DNA of 56,658 nt from Bacteroidales bacterium (GTDB lineage: Bacteria; Bacteroidota; Bacteroidia; Bacteroidales; UBA1556), in the NCBI GenBank assembly GCA_016937295.1, contig JAFGWF010000143.1:1-56658 (forward strand). Direction: 5' to 3'. The translations under genes were made by a program, and so were the position numbers. The notes beneath the pieces were generated by a model. It was not told the origin of the DNA, searched no databases, and saw only the letters and a list, made by a program, of their open reading frames with translations. This document shows, piece by piece, positions 36,701 through 45,600 of this stretch. The first letter of the stretch is position 1; each line of letters begins with the position of its first letter.

Positions 36701-37765
36701 CCTACAACATTTTATGTAAAAGTCTTCCATAAAAAACTTTTGTGCTATAGCATAGATTCTGTTCACGTTGAACCACGGATAGTATTAAATAACCAACTTT
36801 TAGAATCACCAAAATGCAACGGTGACAGTAACGGTACAATTGTCATCAACCCAAATGGCGGGATTGCACCTTACAATTTTCAATGGAATACTGGACAAAA
36901 TACTGCAACCATAAATCAGCTCAAAGCCGGAAACTATACGGTGACCGTAACGGATCAAGACGGCTGTTTTGCAGTCACTACTATCCAATTGCCGGAGCCG
37001 CTACTATTGACCTCGACAAAGTCACAACTGAATATTCCTTGTGCGAGTGCATGTATCGGAAAAGCATGGAGCAATCCTATCGGAGGCACACCACCCTATC
37101 AGTGGCAGTGGAACGATGCTTCCTCTCAAAACACCAATCCTGCAATAAATCTATGCGATGGAACCTATTCCGTAACCATCACAGACGATCATCTATGCAA
37201 AACTTATAACACCATAACATTAATTGATTCAAGTATTTATATAATAATTAACGCACAAATTGCCGATGATACAATCTACGAAGGGCAATCAACACAAATC
37301 ACAACCAATAATTTTGGCAGCAATTACACTTATACCTGGACTCCAACTACAGGTTTAAGCGATGCAACTATCCCTAATCCTATTGCTTCACCCACTGTTT
37401 CAACAACTTACTATGTTACTGTTAGAGATATTTGGGGTTGTGAATGGACTGACACGGTGTATATTTATGTGATAGATGTAATTTGTGAAGAACCCTATAT
37501 TTATATTCCGAACGCCTTCACGCCAAATGGAGACGGCAAAAATGATGTACTTTTTGTAAGGTCCTCTGTGGGATATGCCATGGATTTTAAAATATTCAAT
37601 CGGTGGGGCGAACTAGTTTTTCAATCATCGGACGTAAATAATGGTTGGGATGGAACTTTCAAAGGCCGTATTTTAGAACCCGGGGTTTTTGATTACTATT
37701 TAAGTTTAACCTGTTATAACCGGCAAGTATTTATTAAAAAAGGAAATATAACACTCATTAGATAA
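33779..37765 (+). CDS. large T9SS type-B cargo / putative adhesin: N-terminal domain, SBBP beta-propeller repeats, PKD, SprB-type repeats, gliding-motility C-terminal domain
   Basis: The ORF is open from TTG at 33704 (1353 aa). The in-frame GTG at 33779 gives (M)KQALKIILLLLTFVNATAHN, a better signal peptide. SBBP-like repeats read YSTYLGGSGSE..., SSTYFGGSGNDG and CSYLGGSAADA. The PKD domain reads YTINFTNTS...WDFGNGIT...YNVTLIISD. The SprB repeat reads CNGDSNGTIVINPNGGIAPYNFQWNTGQ...GNYTVTVTDQDGC. The start codon is uncertain. Confidence 0.85.
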   Translation: MKQALKIILLLLTFVNATAHNRDTLTFTNPEFVENKGQWHKHVSYFARLSNGSLWMEKTCMSFDIQNSEDISKIAKYKSAFGKNASSGITPPNQIRGHRYKIHFLQGNPDVKIEGFGVKSDYNNYFLGNDKSKWVSKVPKYNLIIYRNLYQNIDFKLYSDDGFLKWDFIIKPGGNHKSIELFYEGIDKVALLNNNLLLKTNAGKIVEMNPYAYQWDENGNQRQIECAFEVKNNKVRFKLGHYDKNRELIIDPILVYASYTGAVTDNWGYTATYDNYGNIFGGGAVFSPYYYPTTVGAYDTIFNGGVSDISITKFDPTNSQLLYSTYLGGSGSEIPSSLIVNTANELLILSTTGSNNFPMSSFGNDTIFGGGTTDILTNYITFPNGADLAITRLSDDGTQLLSSTYFGGSGNDGMNSDNVLNFNYADKIRGEILTDHQQNIYVVTSTRSINLPTSTNSFQTTFGGNQDGAIVKFDNQLSNIIWCSYLGGSAADALYSISLTQSDDLVLTGGTRSTNLQTTAGALFPTYKGGISDGFVGIISQNGNQIKSLSYFGSNKYDQSFFVDTDRKDHVYLYGQSADLSGSLKYNALWSTAEGGQFVSKLTPDLSALVWSTTWGTVSPDSVVDVSPSAFMVDLCNRIYMSAWGGDVNYFGTTAGLPVTSGAFQTSTDGSDYYFLTLKDDASAIDYATFYGGAISAEHVDGGTSRFDKTGKLYQSVCAGCGGGYDDFPTTPGCYSPLNNSSNCNNAVIKFSFSLPVVIADFTTPNIGCAPYTINFTNTSYITTTNAQCYWDFGNGITSTNCNPSITYTNGGVYNVTLIISDTASCNLADTIIKQVAVIEGHRDTLPEKAICKGDIIQIGLTPISDPSATYLWNNSSSLSNSTISNPFANPTNTTFYSLLFSNGICTDTLVQKVKVYDIDADAGNDTTLCFSNITLTAKTNYSNLQYQWSSNPYFTDTLNSNPFDSLLTTTINGPTTFYVKVFHKKLLCYSIDSVHVEPRIVLNNQLLESPKCNGDSNGTIVINPNGGIAPYNFQWNTGQNTATINQLKAGNYTVTVTDQDGCFAVTTIQLPEPLLLTSTKSQLNIPCASACIGKAWSNPIGGTPPYQWQWNDASSQNTNPAINLCDGTYSVTITDDHLCKTYNTITLIDSSIYIIINAQIADDTIYEGQSTQITTNNFGSNYTYTWTPTTGLSDATIPNPIASPTVSTTYYVTVRDIWGCEWTDTVYIYVIDVICEEPYIYIPNAFTPNGDGKNDVLFVRSSVGYAMDFKIFNRWGELVFQSSDVNNGWDGTFKGRILEPGVFDYYLSLTCYNRQVFIKKGNITLIR
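37502..37762 (+). other. T9SS type-B sorting domain (gliding motility-associated C-terminal domain)
   Basis: YIPNAFTPNGDGKNDVLFVRSS...FKIFNRWGELVFQSSDVNNGWDGTFKGRILEPGVFDYYL is the canonical TIGR04131-type signature. Confidence 0.9.
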
Positions 37766-38791
37766 ATGAATTATAGACACATCATTTTTTTATTCTTAAT
37801 ACTCTTATCAATACTCAACGATGGTCGGTCGCAGGATATTCATTTTTCACAATTTTTTAATGCCCCACATAATTTAAACCCTTCATTAGCAGGCTTTTCT
37901 AATGCCCGCATGAGATTTTACGTCAATCATCGAAATCAATGGGCTACGGTAACTGTTCCATTTAAAACATACGCTGCCACTATTGACGCTCAATTACTTA
38001 AACGAAAACAGAAAGGCGATATGCTTGGCATAGGCATTTCGGCATTTTCGGATAAAGCCGGAGACAGCGATTTTGGCACCCAATCTGTCAGTTTTTCAAT
38101 GAATTACGTTCGAGCACTTGGCGATTATTCCACACGAAATTTGATAGGCTTTGGACTTCAAGTTTCGTACACCGGCAAAACGATTGATTATTTCAGTTTG
38201 TATTTTGATGATCAATACGATGGTGTTAAATTTAATCCGGGAAGCAATTCCACAGAAATTTTTGCCATTGACAATTACCAATATTACGATATTTCGGCAG
38301 GCGCAAATTGGTTTACGAATATAAATTATGACATTACCTTACAAACAGGATTATCCGTTTGGCATCTCAATCGTCCTTACCAAAGCTTAATGAATGACAA
38401 AACGGTACGGTTGCCAATCAAAGCAACATGGCATATCGAAAGCGACATAAGTTTCTCAAAACCATATCGTTTACTTCCGGCGATACTAATACAACGGCAA
38501 GGCACTTTCACCGAAATTGTCTTTGGCAGCAGGTTTAAAATAATTAGCTCCGAAAAACTTTCCACCTATTCGGCTTTCTTAGTTGGACTATTTTATCGAA
38601 ATTTCGACGCAGTGATTGTTTACAGTGGTTATCAATATAAAGAATGGCAATTTGGAATTTCTTATGATTTCAATGTAAGTTCCTTGCGAAAAGCAAGTCG
38701 CTATTTGGGCGGCTTTGAACTGAACCTTAATTGGCAAATGCCAACAGTACGACATCCTAAACCTAAAGACTTGCCATGCCCCATATTTTAA
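37766..38791 (+). CDS. PorP/SprF-family type IX secretion system membrane protein
   Basis: 341 aa with a signal peptide followed by QDIHFSQFFNAPHNLNPSLAG, the hallmark N-terminus of PorP/SprF. The ATG follows the adhesin stop with no gap. Confidence 0.9.
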   Translation: MNYRHIIFLFLILLSILNDGRSQDIHFSQFFNAPHNLNPSLAGFSNARMRFYVNHRNQWATVTVPFKTYAATIDAQLLKRKQKGDMLGIGISAFSDKAGDSDFGTQSVSFSMNYVRALGDYSTRNLIGFGLQVSYTGKTIDYFSLYFDDQYDGVKFNPGSNSTEIFAIDNYQYYDISAGANWFTNINYDITLQTGLSVWHLNRPYQSLMNDKTVRLPIKATWHIESDISFSKPYRLLPAILIQRQGTFTEIVFGSRFKIISSEKLSTYSAFLVGLFYRNFDAVIVYSGYQYKEWQFGISYDFNVSSLRKASRYLGGFELNLNWQMPTVRHPKPKDLPCPIF

Positions 38792-41097
38792 AAAGAATCG
38801 TAGTTTTCATTATTATTCTTGGCAGCAGTTTGCAACTAATTTTCAGCCAATCCAATGTACATCAATGGCTTTCAGAAGCAAACACTTATGAAGAACTCGG
38901 ACAAATTGATAAAGCTGAAGAAATATACAAAAAAGTTTTATTTACCGACTCTGCAAATGCCTTTGCGGCTTACCGTTGCGCTATTCTTTACCTGAATGCT
39001 AATCATCACAAGGCTGCAATTCCTCTACTTCACAAAGTCATTCGGCATGCAAAAACAGAAGAATTTCCTGATGCAATTTATCAATTAGGTTTAGCATATA
39101 TGAGCTCCGGCAATTACACCAAAGCTCATTATTGGTTCGATAAGGCAGTTGAAGCTGCAGAAACTAATGCAAATTCCCAGCACCATATTGATAAAATCAT
39201 TCAACAACGAAACTCTGCCAAATTTGCACTTGAACACCAAAACGACACAGTAAAAAGCACCATCTATCACTTACCCAAACCTATAAATAGCGTTGACTCA
39301 GAGTTTAATCCCGTGAATTATCCAGGCAACAAATTAGTATTCAGCACCTTCAAAACGTTCTTTACAGATAGTTTTGCCTCCATCTTTGACCAGACGTATT
39401 TGGCAGAAATCCAAATTGCCCAAGCGAAAACAAGTGGCTGGAACGAACCTGTAAATTTCGACCCTCGAATCAATCATCCTAAATGGTTTACGGCAAATAT
39501 CACTTTCAATCGACATTTTGATGTAGCCATTTTTTCGCGATGTGAAGATGACTTTGGCAAAGTAGGCAGATGTATATTGTATAAGTCGGAGCGAAAAAAT
39601 GGCAAATGGACAAAACCAGACCGACTGCCAGACTATTTAAACCGAAACGGATTCACTTCCACCCATCCTTATCTACTTGATTTAGACAGCTTAACCATCT
39701 TATACTTCGCCTCGGACATGCCCGGAAGTTTTGGGGGAATGGATATTTGGTACAGCATTTTGACCGATGGCAAATGGCAAAAACCTACCAATCTTGGCGA
39801 CCGAATCAATACAGTAGGCAATGAACTTACGCCAGCCCTTCGCACCGACAAGCCCCTACTCTATTTCAGTTCCGATTGGCATCAAGGATTCGGCGGATAT
39901 GACATTTTCGTTGCCGAAGGCGGCCTTGCTTCATGGTCGCCACCAAAAAATATGGGACTGCCAATCAATTCACAAAGCAATGACCTTTACTATTCTCCAA
40001 TAAAAAACTCAGAGGACGCCTACTTAAGCAGCAATAGAATCGGTTCCTTCACTCGACCCAATGCCGACTTTTGTTGTAGTGATATATATTTAGTTTCCAA
40101 CGAATTAGAAGTTCCAAATAAGCTTGATAGTGTTCCTCCAAACATCGAAATAGTAATGGATTCCATTCCGGTAAAAATAAAAAAATTGCTGCCGATTTCA
40201 CTCTATTTCGACAATGATATTCCCGATCCGAAATCCACTGCCGATAGCACAACGACCAACTATCAAGAATTGCTTGAGGCATACATAGATAAACGGAACA
40301 TATACAAAGCGGAGTATTCAAAAGGATTGGAAGAAGAATTAGGGCAAGCTGCTATGGACTCGATAGAAATGTTTTTTAATAAGGGAATAGAAAGTGGATT
40401 TGAAAAGCTCAATATCTTGACTAAATTGTTAAAAGCGGAATTGGAAAGTGGCAAATCGGTAACGCTGGTTGTTGAAGGTTATGCGAGCCCCTTAAACACT
40501 GAAGAATATAATTATCATCTGAGTAACAGGCGTATAAATAGTCTAATCAACTTTTTATACGCCACCGAAAATGGATATTTCATATCATTTTTAGACGGAA
40601 CAGATTCGTTGAATCGAAAAATGCTAATCCTCAAAAATCCGATGGGCGACAAAACTGCTTCTGCTTATGTGAGCTCAAATCCAAACGACAAACGCAATTC
40701 GGTTTACAGCAAAGCCGCTGCATTGGAACGACGAATTCGAATAACCATGTATAGAAACGATCAAGAAATATTTACAGAGGAGTTGATTAAGAATTTGGAG
40801 ATTAAAACCCAATTCACACAGCATCAAAATATTAGAGAAGGAGATCTTTTAAAAGGCGTATTTTCCATTTCGAATAAAAATAATGTTGAGGTAAAAATCA
40901 GCAAAATTTTTGCGGATTCCACTTCAATTCAATTTCAGCCGCAAGCTATAGTCCTTAAACCCAAGGAAGAAAAGAAAATATATTTTTTAATAAACGAAAA
41001 AGAGTCAGGAAATTATCAAATAAAGGTAAAAGCAAAAATCCAATCGCTTGACCATGAGTTATTACCTATTCATTTTTCGATAAGGGAGGCGAATTAA
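38776..41097 (+). CDS. TPR / PD40 (TolB-like) repeat / OmpA-like C-terminal domain protein
   Basis: 773 aa with a signal peptide and TPR-like repeats (residues ~30-140). PD40-like repeats read FASDMPGSFGGMDIWYS and FSSDWHQGFGGYDIFVA. The OmpA-like segment is VTLVVEGYASPLNTEEYNYHLSNRRINSLINFL. The gene overlaps the PorP/SprF gene by 16 nt. Confidence 0.75.
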   Translation: MPHILKRIVVFIIILGSSLQLIFSQSNVHQWLSEANTYEELGQIDKAEEIYKKVLFTDSANAFAAYRCAILYLNANHHKAAIPLLHKVIRHAKTEEFPDAIYQLGLAYMSSGNYTKAHYWFDKAVEAAETNANSQHHIDKIIQQRNSAKFALEHQNDTVKSTIYHLPKPINSVDSEFNPVNYPGNKLVFSTFKTFFTDSFASIFDQTYLAEIQIAQAKTSGWNEPVNFDPRINHPKWFTANITFNRHFDVAIFSRCEDDFGKVGRCILYKSERKNGKWTKPDRLPDYLNRNGFTSTHPYLLDLDSLTILYFASDMPGSFGGMDIWYSILTDGKWQKPTNLGDRINTVGNELTPALRTDKPLLYFSSDWHQGFGGYDIFVAEGGLASWSPPKNMGLPINSQSNDLYYSPIKNSEDAYLSSNRIGSFTRPNADFCCSDIYLVSNELEVPNKLDSVPPNIEIVMDSIPVKIKKLLPISLYFDNDIPDPKSTADSTTTNYQELLEAYIDKRNIYKAEYSKGLEEELGQAAMDSIEMFFNKGIESGFEKLNILTKLLKAELESGKSVTLVVEGYASPLNTEEYNYHLSNRRINSLINFLYATENGYFISFLDGTDSLNRKMLILKNPMGDKTASAYVSSNPNDKRNSVYSKAAALERRIRITMYRNDQEIFTEELIKNLEIKTQFTQHQNIREGDLLKGVFSISNKNNVEVKISKIFADSTSIQFQPQAIVLKPKEEKKIYFLINEKESGNYQIKVKAKIQSLDHELLPIHFSIREAN

Positions 41098-41731
41098 AAT
41101 CGTGCTGAACTTCTTCAAACCAATCGGGCGAGTCGTCATCGTCGTCCTCTATAATCGTGCGTTGCGGCCCAGATTTTCGGTAATACCAAGCAACCACAAC
41201 ACCGGCAATTGCGCCCATAAGATGAGACTCCCATGAAATATTTCTTTCGGGAAAAAACTCCGGAAAAAACCCCCAAACAAGGCCACCATATAAGAAAAAA
41301 ATCAGAGCAGCAAAAGCCATTAGAGCAAAGACCCGCCGGATTAATGCACTTGTAACGTGAAAAAATGCCAAAGCATAAACCACGCCTGAGGCCCCAACAT
41401 GATAGCTGTTTCGAGCGAATAACCAAACCCATAAACCAGAAAGCAACCACATCATTATCAACGACTTAAAAGCAAAATCGCGATAATAATAAAACAGAGC
41501 CCAACCAAGAATAAAAAAAGGAATAAGATTACTTATCAGGTGACCTGTATCACTATGACCAAAAATACTAAGCCCAACACCCTGTAAACCATTAATTTTG
41601 AGCGGATAAACAGAAAAAAACCTAAGCGAGACAGTTCCTGTTTCGGATAAAATAAATCCAATTACCATCAGAATTGAAAGAAATACCGGAATCCAACCGG
41701 CACGAAGTATTTTACGTAATTCATTATCCAT
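41066..41731 (-). CDS. rhomboid-family intramembrane serine protease
   Basis: 221 aa with about six TM helices. GASGVVYALAF carries the GxSG catalytic Ser, and a His lies in the later helix (WESHLMGAIAG). The C-terminal tail is acidic. Confidence 0.8.
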   Translation of the reverse strand: MDNELRKILRAGWIPVFLSILMVIGFILSETGTVSLRFFSVYPLKINGLQGVGLSIFGHSDTGHLISNLIPFFILGWALFYYYRDFAFKSLIMMWLLSGLWVWLFARNSYHVGASGVVYALAFFHVTSALIRRVFALMAFAALIFFLYGGLVWGFFPEFFPERNISWESHLMGAIAGVVVAWYYRKSGPQRTIIEDDDDDSPDWFEEVQHDFNSPPLSKNE

Positions 41732-41739
41732 ATCAAAAT

Positions 41740-41747
41740 CAAAAGTA
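41740..41747 (-). promoter_or_regulatory. -7 promoter box TACTTTTG immediately upstream of the rhomboid gene, leaderless or near-leaderless
   Basis: The plus strand reads CAAAAGTA. The motif ends 8 nt before the ATG at 41731-41729. Confidence 0.4.
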
Positions 41748-41818
41748 ATAAAACCATAAAAACGAAATGCATTATTTGAGACGTAAACAAAAAAATCGGG
41801 AGGTGAGGAAAAAAAATA

Positions 41819-41826
41819 TAATTTTG
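41819..41826 (+). promoter_or_regulatory. -7 promoter box TAATTTTG upstream of the Kv-type channel gene
   Basis: Exact TAnnTTTG match 25 nt upstream of the ATG at 41852. Confidence 0.45.
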
Positions 41827-41851
41827 AACCCTTACAAAGGCATCAACAAAT

Positions 41852-42664
41852 ATGAAACAACAAGGATTTAAAAGTAAGTTACATCAAATCATATTCGAGT
41901 CGGATACCAAAGCAGGAAAGCTTTTTGATGAAATCCTGATTCTAATGATTATACTTAGCATAACAGTTGTTGCGCTTGATTCAGTACCTTCATTCAACGA
42001 GAAAACAAAGCACATTTTTCATCTTTTAGAATGGTGTTTTACTGCACTTTTCACCTTAGAGTATGCAATTAGGATTTGGACAACAGGCAAGCCTTTGAAA
42101 TATATTTTTAGCTTCTATGGTATTATCGATTTTTTGAGTATTGTACCTACCTATATTGGGGTATTTTTTCCACAAGGATTTGCTTTTGCCAGTTTGCGAA
42201 TGATACGTTTAGTGCGGATTTTCAGGATATTAAAATTAGTGCAATTTCTCGGAGCCTCTAAGGTTATCACTCAAAGTCTTAAGCAAAGTCGCTATAAAAT
42301 TACCGTATTTTTTACAGCAGTATTAATTATTGTAACCGTTATGGGAGCCATAATGTATATGGTTGAGGGGCCGGAAAGCGGTTTTAATTCAATTCCACAT
42401 AGCATCTACTGGGCAATTGTAACGATAACGACTGTTGGCTATGGCGACATAAGTCCAATAACCCCACTTGGGCAATTCATAGCTTCATTAGTCATGCTCT
42501 TAGGTTATGCCATTATTGCCGTACCGACCGGAATCATATCCTCGGAGCTTATCAATCATCGAAACACCAAGATACATACAAATACCCAAACCTGCCAAAA
42601 CTGCAACTATTCAGACCATGACGATGATGCAAAATATTGCAAAGTATGCGGAACAGAATTATAA
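41852..42664 (+). CDS. voltage-gated-type (6TM) potassium channel with C-terminal zinc-ribbon
   Basis: 270 aa. S4 is RMIRLVRIFRILK, with a basic residue at every third position. The selectivity filter is TTVGYGD. The C-terminus is CQNC-x12-CKVC (nt 42593-42661). Confidence 0.85.
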   Translation: MKQQGFKSKLHQIIFESDTKAGKLFDEILILMIILSITVVALDSVPSFNEKTKHIFHLLEWCFTALFTLEYAIRIWTTGKPLKYIFSFYGIIDFLSIVPTYIGVFFPQGFAFASLRMIRLVRIFRILKLVQFLGASKVITQSLKQSRYKITVFFTAVLIIVTVMGAIMYMVEGPESGFNSIPHSIYWAIVTITTVGYGDISPITPLGQFIASLVMLLGYAIIAVPTGIISSELINHRNTKIHTNTQTCQNCNYSDHDDDAKYCKVCGTEL

Positions 42665-42672
42665 CCCCGAAA

Positions 42673-45600
42673 TTAGGATTCTTTTATAAAACCATCTTCC
42701 GATAAAAATTTCTCAAAAACAGATGCTACCTTTGCTTTACTCAAAGGCTTTTCGATAAAGGCAGAAAAACCTGTGTCTTGCAACTGATAATCATACACTT
42801 GCCTTTGATAATCTAAAAGTCCGACAATAATCCACTCTTCGTTGCGAGCCCGAATTTCCTTAAGAATCCTAACCGACTCTTCAACGCTTTCACCAAGCGA
42901 AATGAAAATCATTAAAAACTCTTGATTAAAAATGGACGACAAAGAATCGCCAAAATTGAATTTTAGGATATTAAAGTCTTTGGAAATACCTTTAATAAAG
43001 GTCATGAGCAAAAACTCATCAGTCGTATCGCTAAGCAGTAAACCAATTGAATTAGGTCCGTTGAAAGAATCCGCATTTTGAGCGGCCTTTTTATTTTTTT
43101 GTTGATACAATGGAATCGTAAAATAAAACTCCGAACCTTTGTCAACAGTAGATTGTAAACCAATCTCCCCTCCCATCAATTCGACATAAGCTTTGCTGAG
43201 AGCCAACCCTAATCCCGTTCCTTCATTATTTCGATATTTCTGTGAAGTTGCCTGGCGGAAACGCTCAAAGACAATCTTTTGCGATTCTTCACTAATTCCA
43301 ATTCCGGTATCACGCACATAAAATCGTACAAAACCATCGGATTGAATGTCATAGCCAAATTCTATTGATCCATCAAAAGTAAATTTTATAGCATTGGTTA
43401 TCAGATTTATAAGCACTTGCATCAATCGAACTCTGTCTGCTTTGATATGATACAGCATCGAAAACCGTGAATTATTTACAAAACGCACATTTGGCTTAGA
43501 TAGAAGCCGCTGATCATAAGCAAAACTATCGGCTAACTCTTTCACTATGGATGATGGATTCAATCGTGTAATATTCATTTTCACTTCACCGGCCTCAATT
43601 TTCGATATGTCGATAATATCGTTGATAAGGGCTAAAAGGTGATTGGAACTTTTCTGAATAATGTCGATGTAAGCATGCAATTCTTCTTCACTCACTCCTT
43701 GTTTTATAAACTCCGTAAAACCAATGATATGATTCATCGGGGTGCGAATTTCATGCGACATGTTTGCTAAGAATGCAGACTTAAGCCGATCACTTTCCTC
43801 TGCGCGTTGAATGGCCACTTCAAGCTGCTGCTGTATATTTTTCAACTCCGTAATATCGGTTAATACCAACATAACATGCGGTTTATCCGCAACATTCAAC
43901 AAATTGGCAGAAATAAGGGCGTTGAATTTCGTTCCGGTTGCACTTGTAATTTCGTATTCAAGATTACGAAATGAACCATCCTTCATTAGACGGTCAATCA
44001 AATAATCTACATTATCAGGATTATTGAAAGGAGGAATAAATTCGAACTTTTCAGGCCAATTTTCTGAGCCGTAACCCGTAAGTTCAGTAAAGCGGTCATT
44101 CACTTCAATGGCTTGCATAGTTTCAAAACAAATGATAGCGAGTCCATCGGGAGATGAACTAAAACTTAGACGGAATTTCTCTTCACTGTCGCGCAGTAAA
44201 TTTTGCGCTTTTTTGATTTCAGTAATGTCGCTTCCAAATCCCACAGTGGCGACTAATTCACCCGACTCATTAAACAAAGGCGATTTAATAACATCAAGAT
44301 ACAGATGTTTCCCTTTCACATTTCCAAACTCCTCGAATCTGCCTGTTTGTTTGGATTGAATCACAATTTCATCCGAATTGATACAAAGCTCACCGAAGGT
44401 ATGCCATTCCGGTTGGTCAGGCTTGGCTTGGCGTTGTCGATTTGCAAAAAACATATCATTTTTTCCAAGTGGCTCGTAAACATCCTTAGCAATCAATAAA
44501 TTATCACAGAAATATTTATTTGTAAAAATAAAATTACCGTTCAAATCTTTCGCCCAAATCATCGCCTGCACATTATCGGAAAGGGAGCGAAACAAGTCGG
44601 AGAGCCGTTTATATTCTTCTCGGGCATACTTCAGGCGAGTTTCGGCATGTTTTCGTTCGGTTATATCCCTTTCAATTGCCAAGATATAATCCTCATCATC
44701 AATCACAATCTTGCGTGCCGACACTTCAACAGGAACTTCTTCGCCGGATTTTTTCAGATGAAGCGTTTCAAATCGGATTGTTTTATCGAACCGCAAACTT
44801 TCGATATGTTGAGGCAGCATTTTTAAGCTTTCGTCTGCAACGATACTATAAACAGATTGGTTTTTCAATTCACCAATATCATAACCATACAAATCAGTAA
44901 ACGCTTGATTGAAATCGTGAAACACGACTTGATCTGTTAAACGATAGAGCAAAATCGGGTCTGATGCCAGATTAAAAATCTGATTAAACTTTTGCTCGCT
45001 AATTTCGATTTGACGTGAAGCCTCAACAAAGTCCGTAATAACGCGCGACATCATGATCAAGTACGATTTATTTTTAAATGTTATAAAGCGAGCAGAAACC
45101 AAGGCGTCTTCAACTTTACCACTTTTCATTCTAAAACGAGTCTGAAAATTAGCCACATAGCCCTTATCTCGAATTTCGGAGATTAACTTCTGCCTATCCA
45201 CTTCATCATTCCAAATATTAAGACTTGAGCTATTTTGTCCTATTGCTTCATCTTCCGCAAAACCGGTATAGCGCACAAAAGCCTCATTTACATCCACATA
45301 ATTTCCGGTTTCAACTTCCGTAATGGTAATAGCATCTAAACTTGTTTTAAAAGCAGTACGGAACTTCTCTTCGCTTTCCAATAATTCTTCACGAGCTTTA
45401 ATTTCAGCCGTAACATCCTTCATAATTACCTGATTTGCAGGCTTATTATCTAATTCAAAAGGTATGGCAGTTACTTCAACATAGATAAAACCGTTGTTAT
45501 AGGTTTTCAGCTTTTCAACGATAGTAGGCTGCGGAAAACCCTGCGCGACCAATTTGGCACGCTCGGAAACTTTATCAACAAAATCGTCAGAAACAAAACT

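Noticed and set aside
41777-41881. 34-aa basic ORF (MHYLRRKQKNREVRKKNII...) in the rhomboid/Kv spacer
   Set aside because: It overlaps the Kv promoter box and start codon in another frame. Its composition reflects an A-rich spacer, and there is nothing to suggest conservation.
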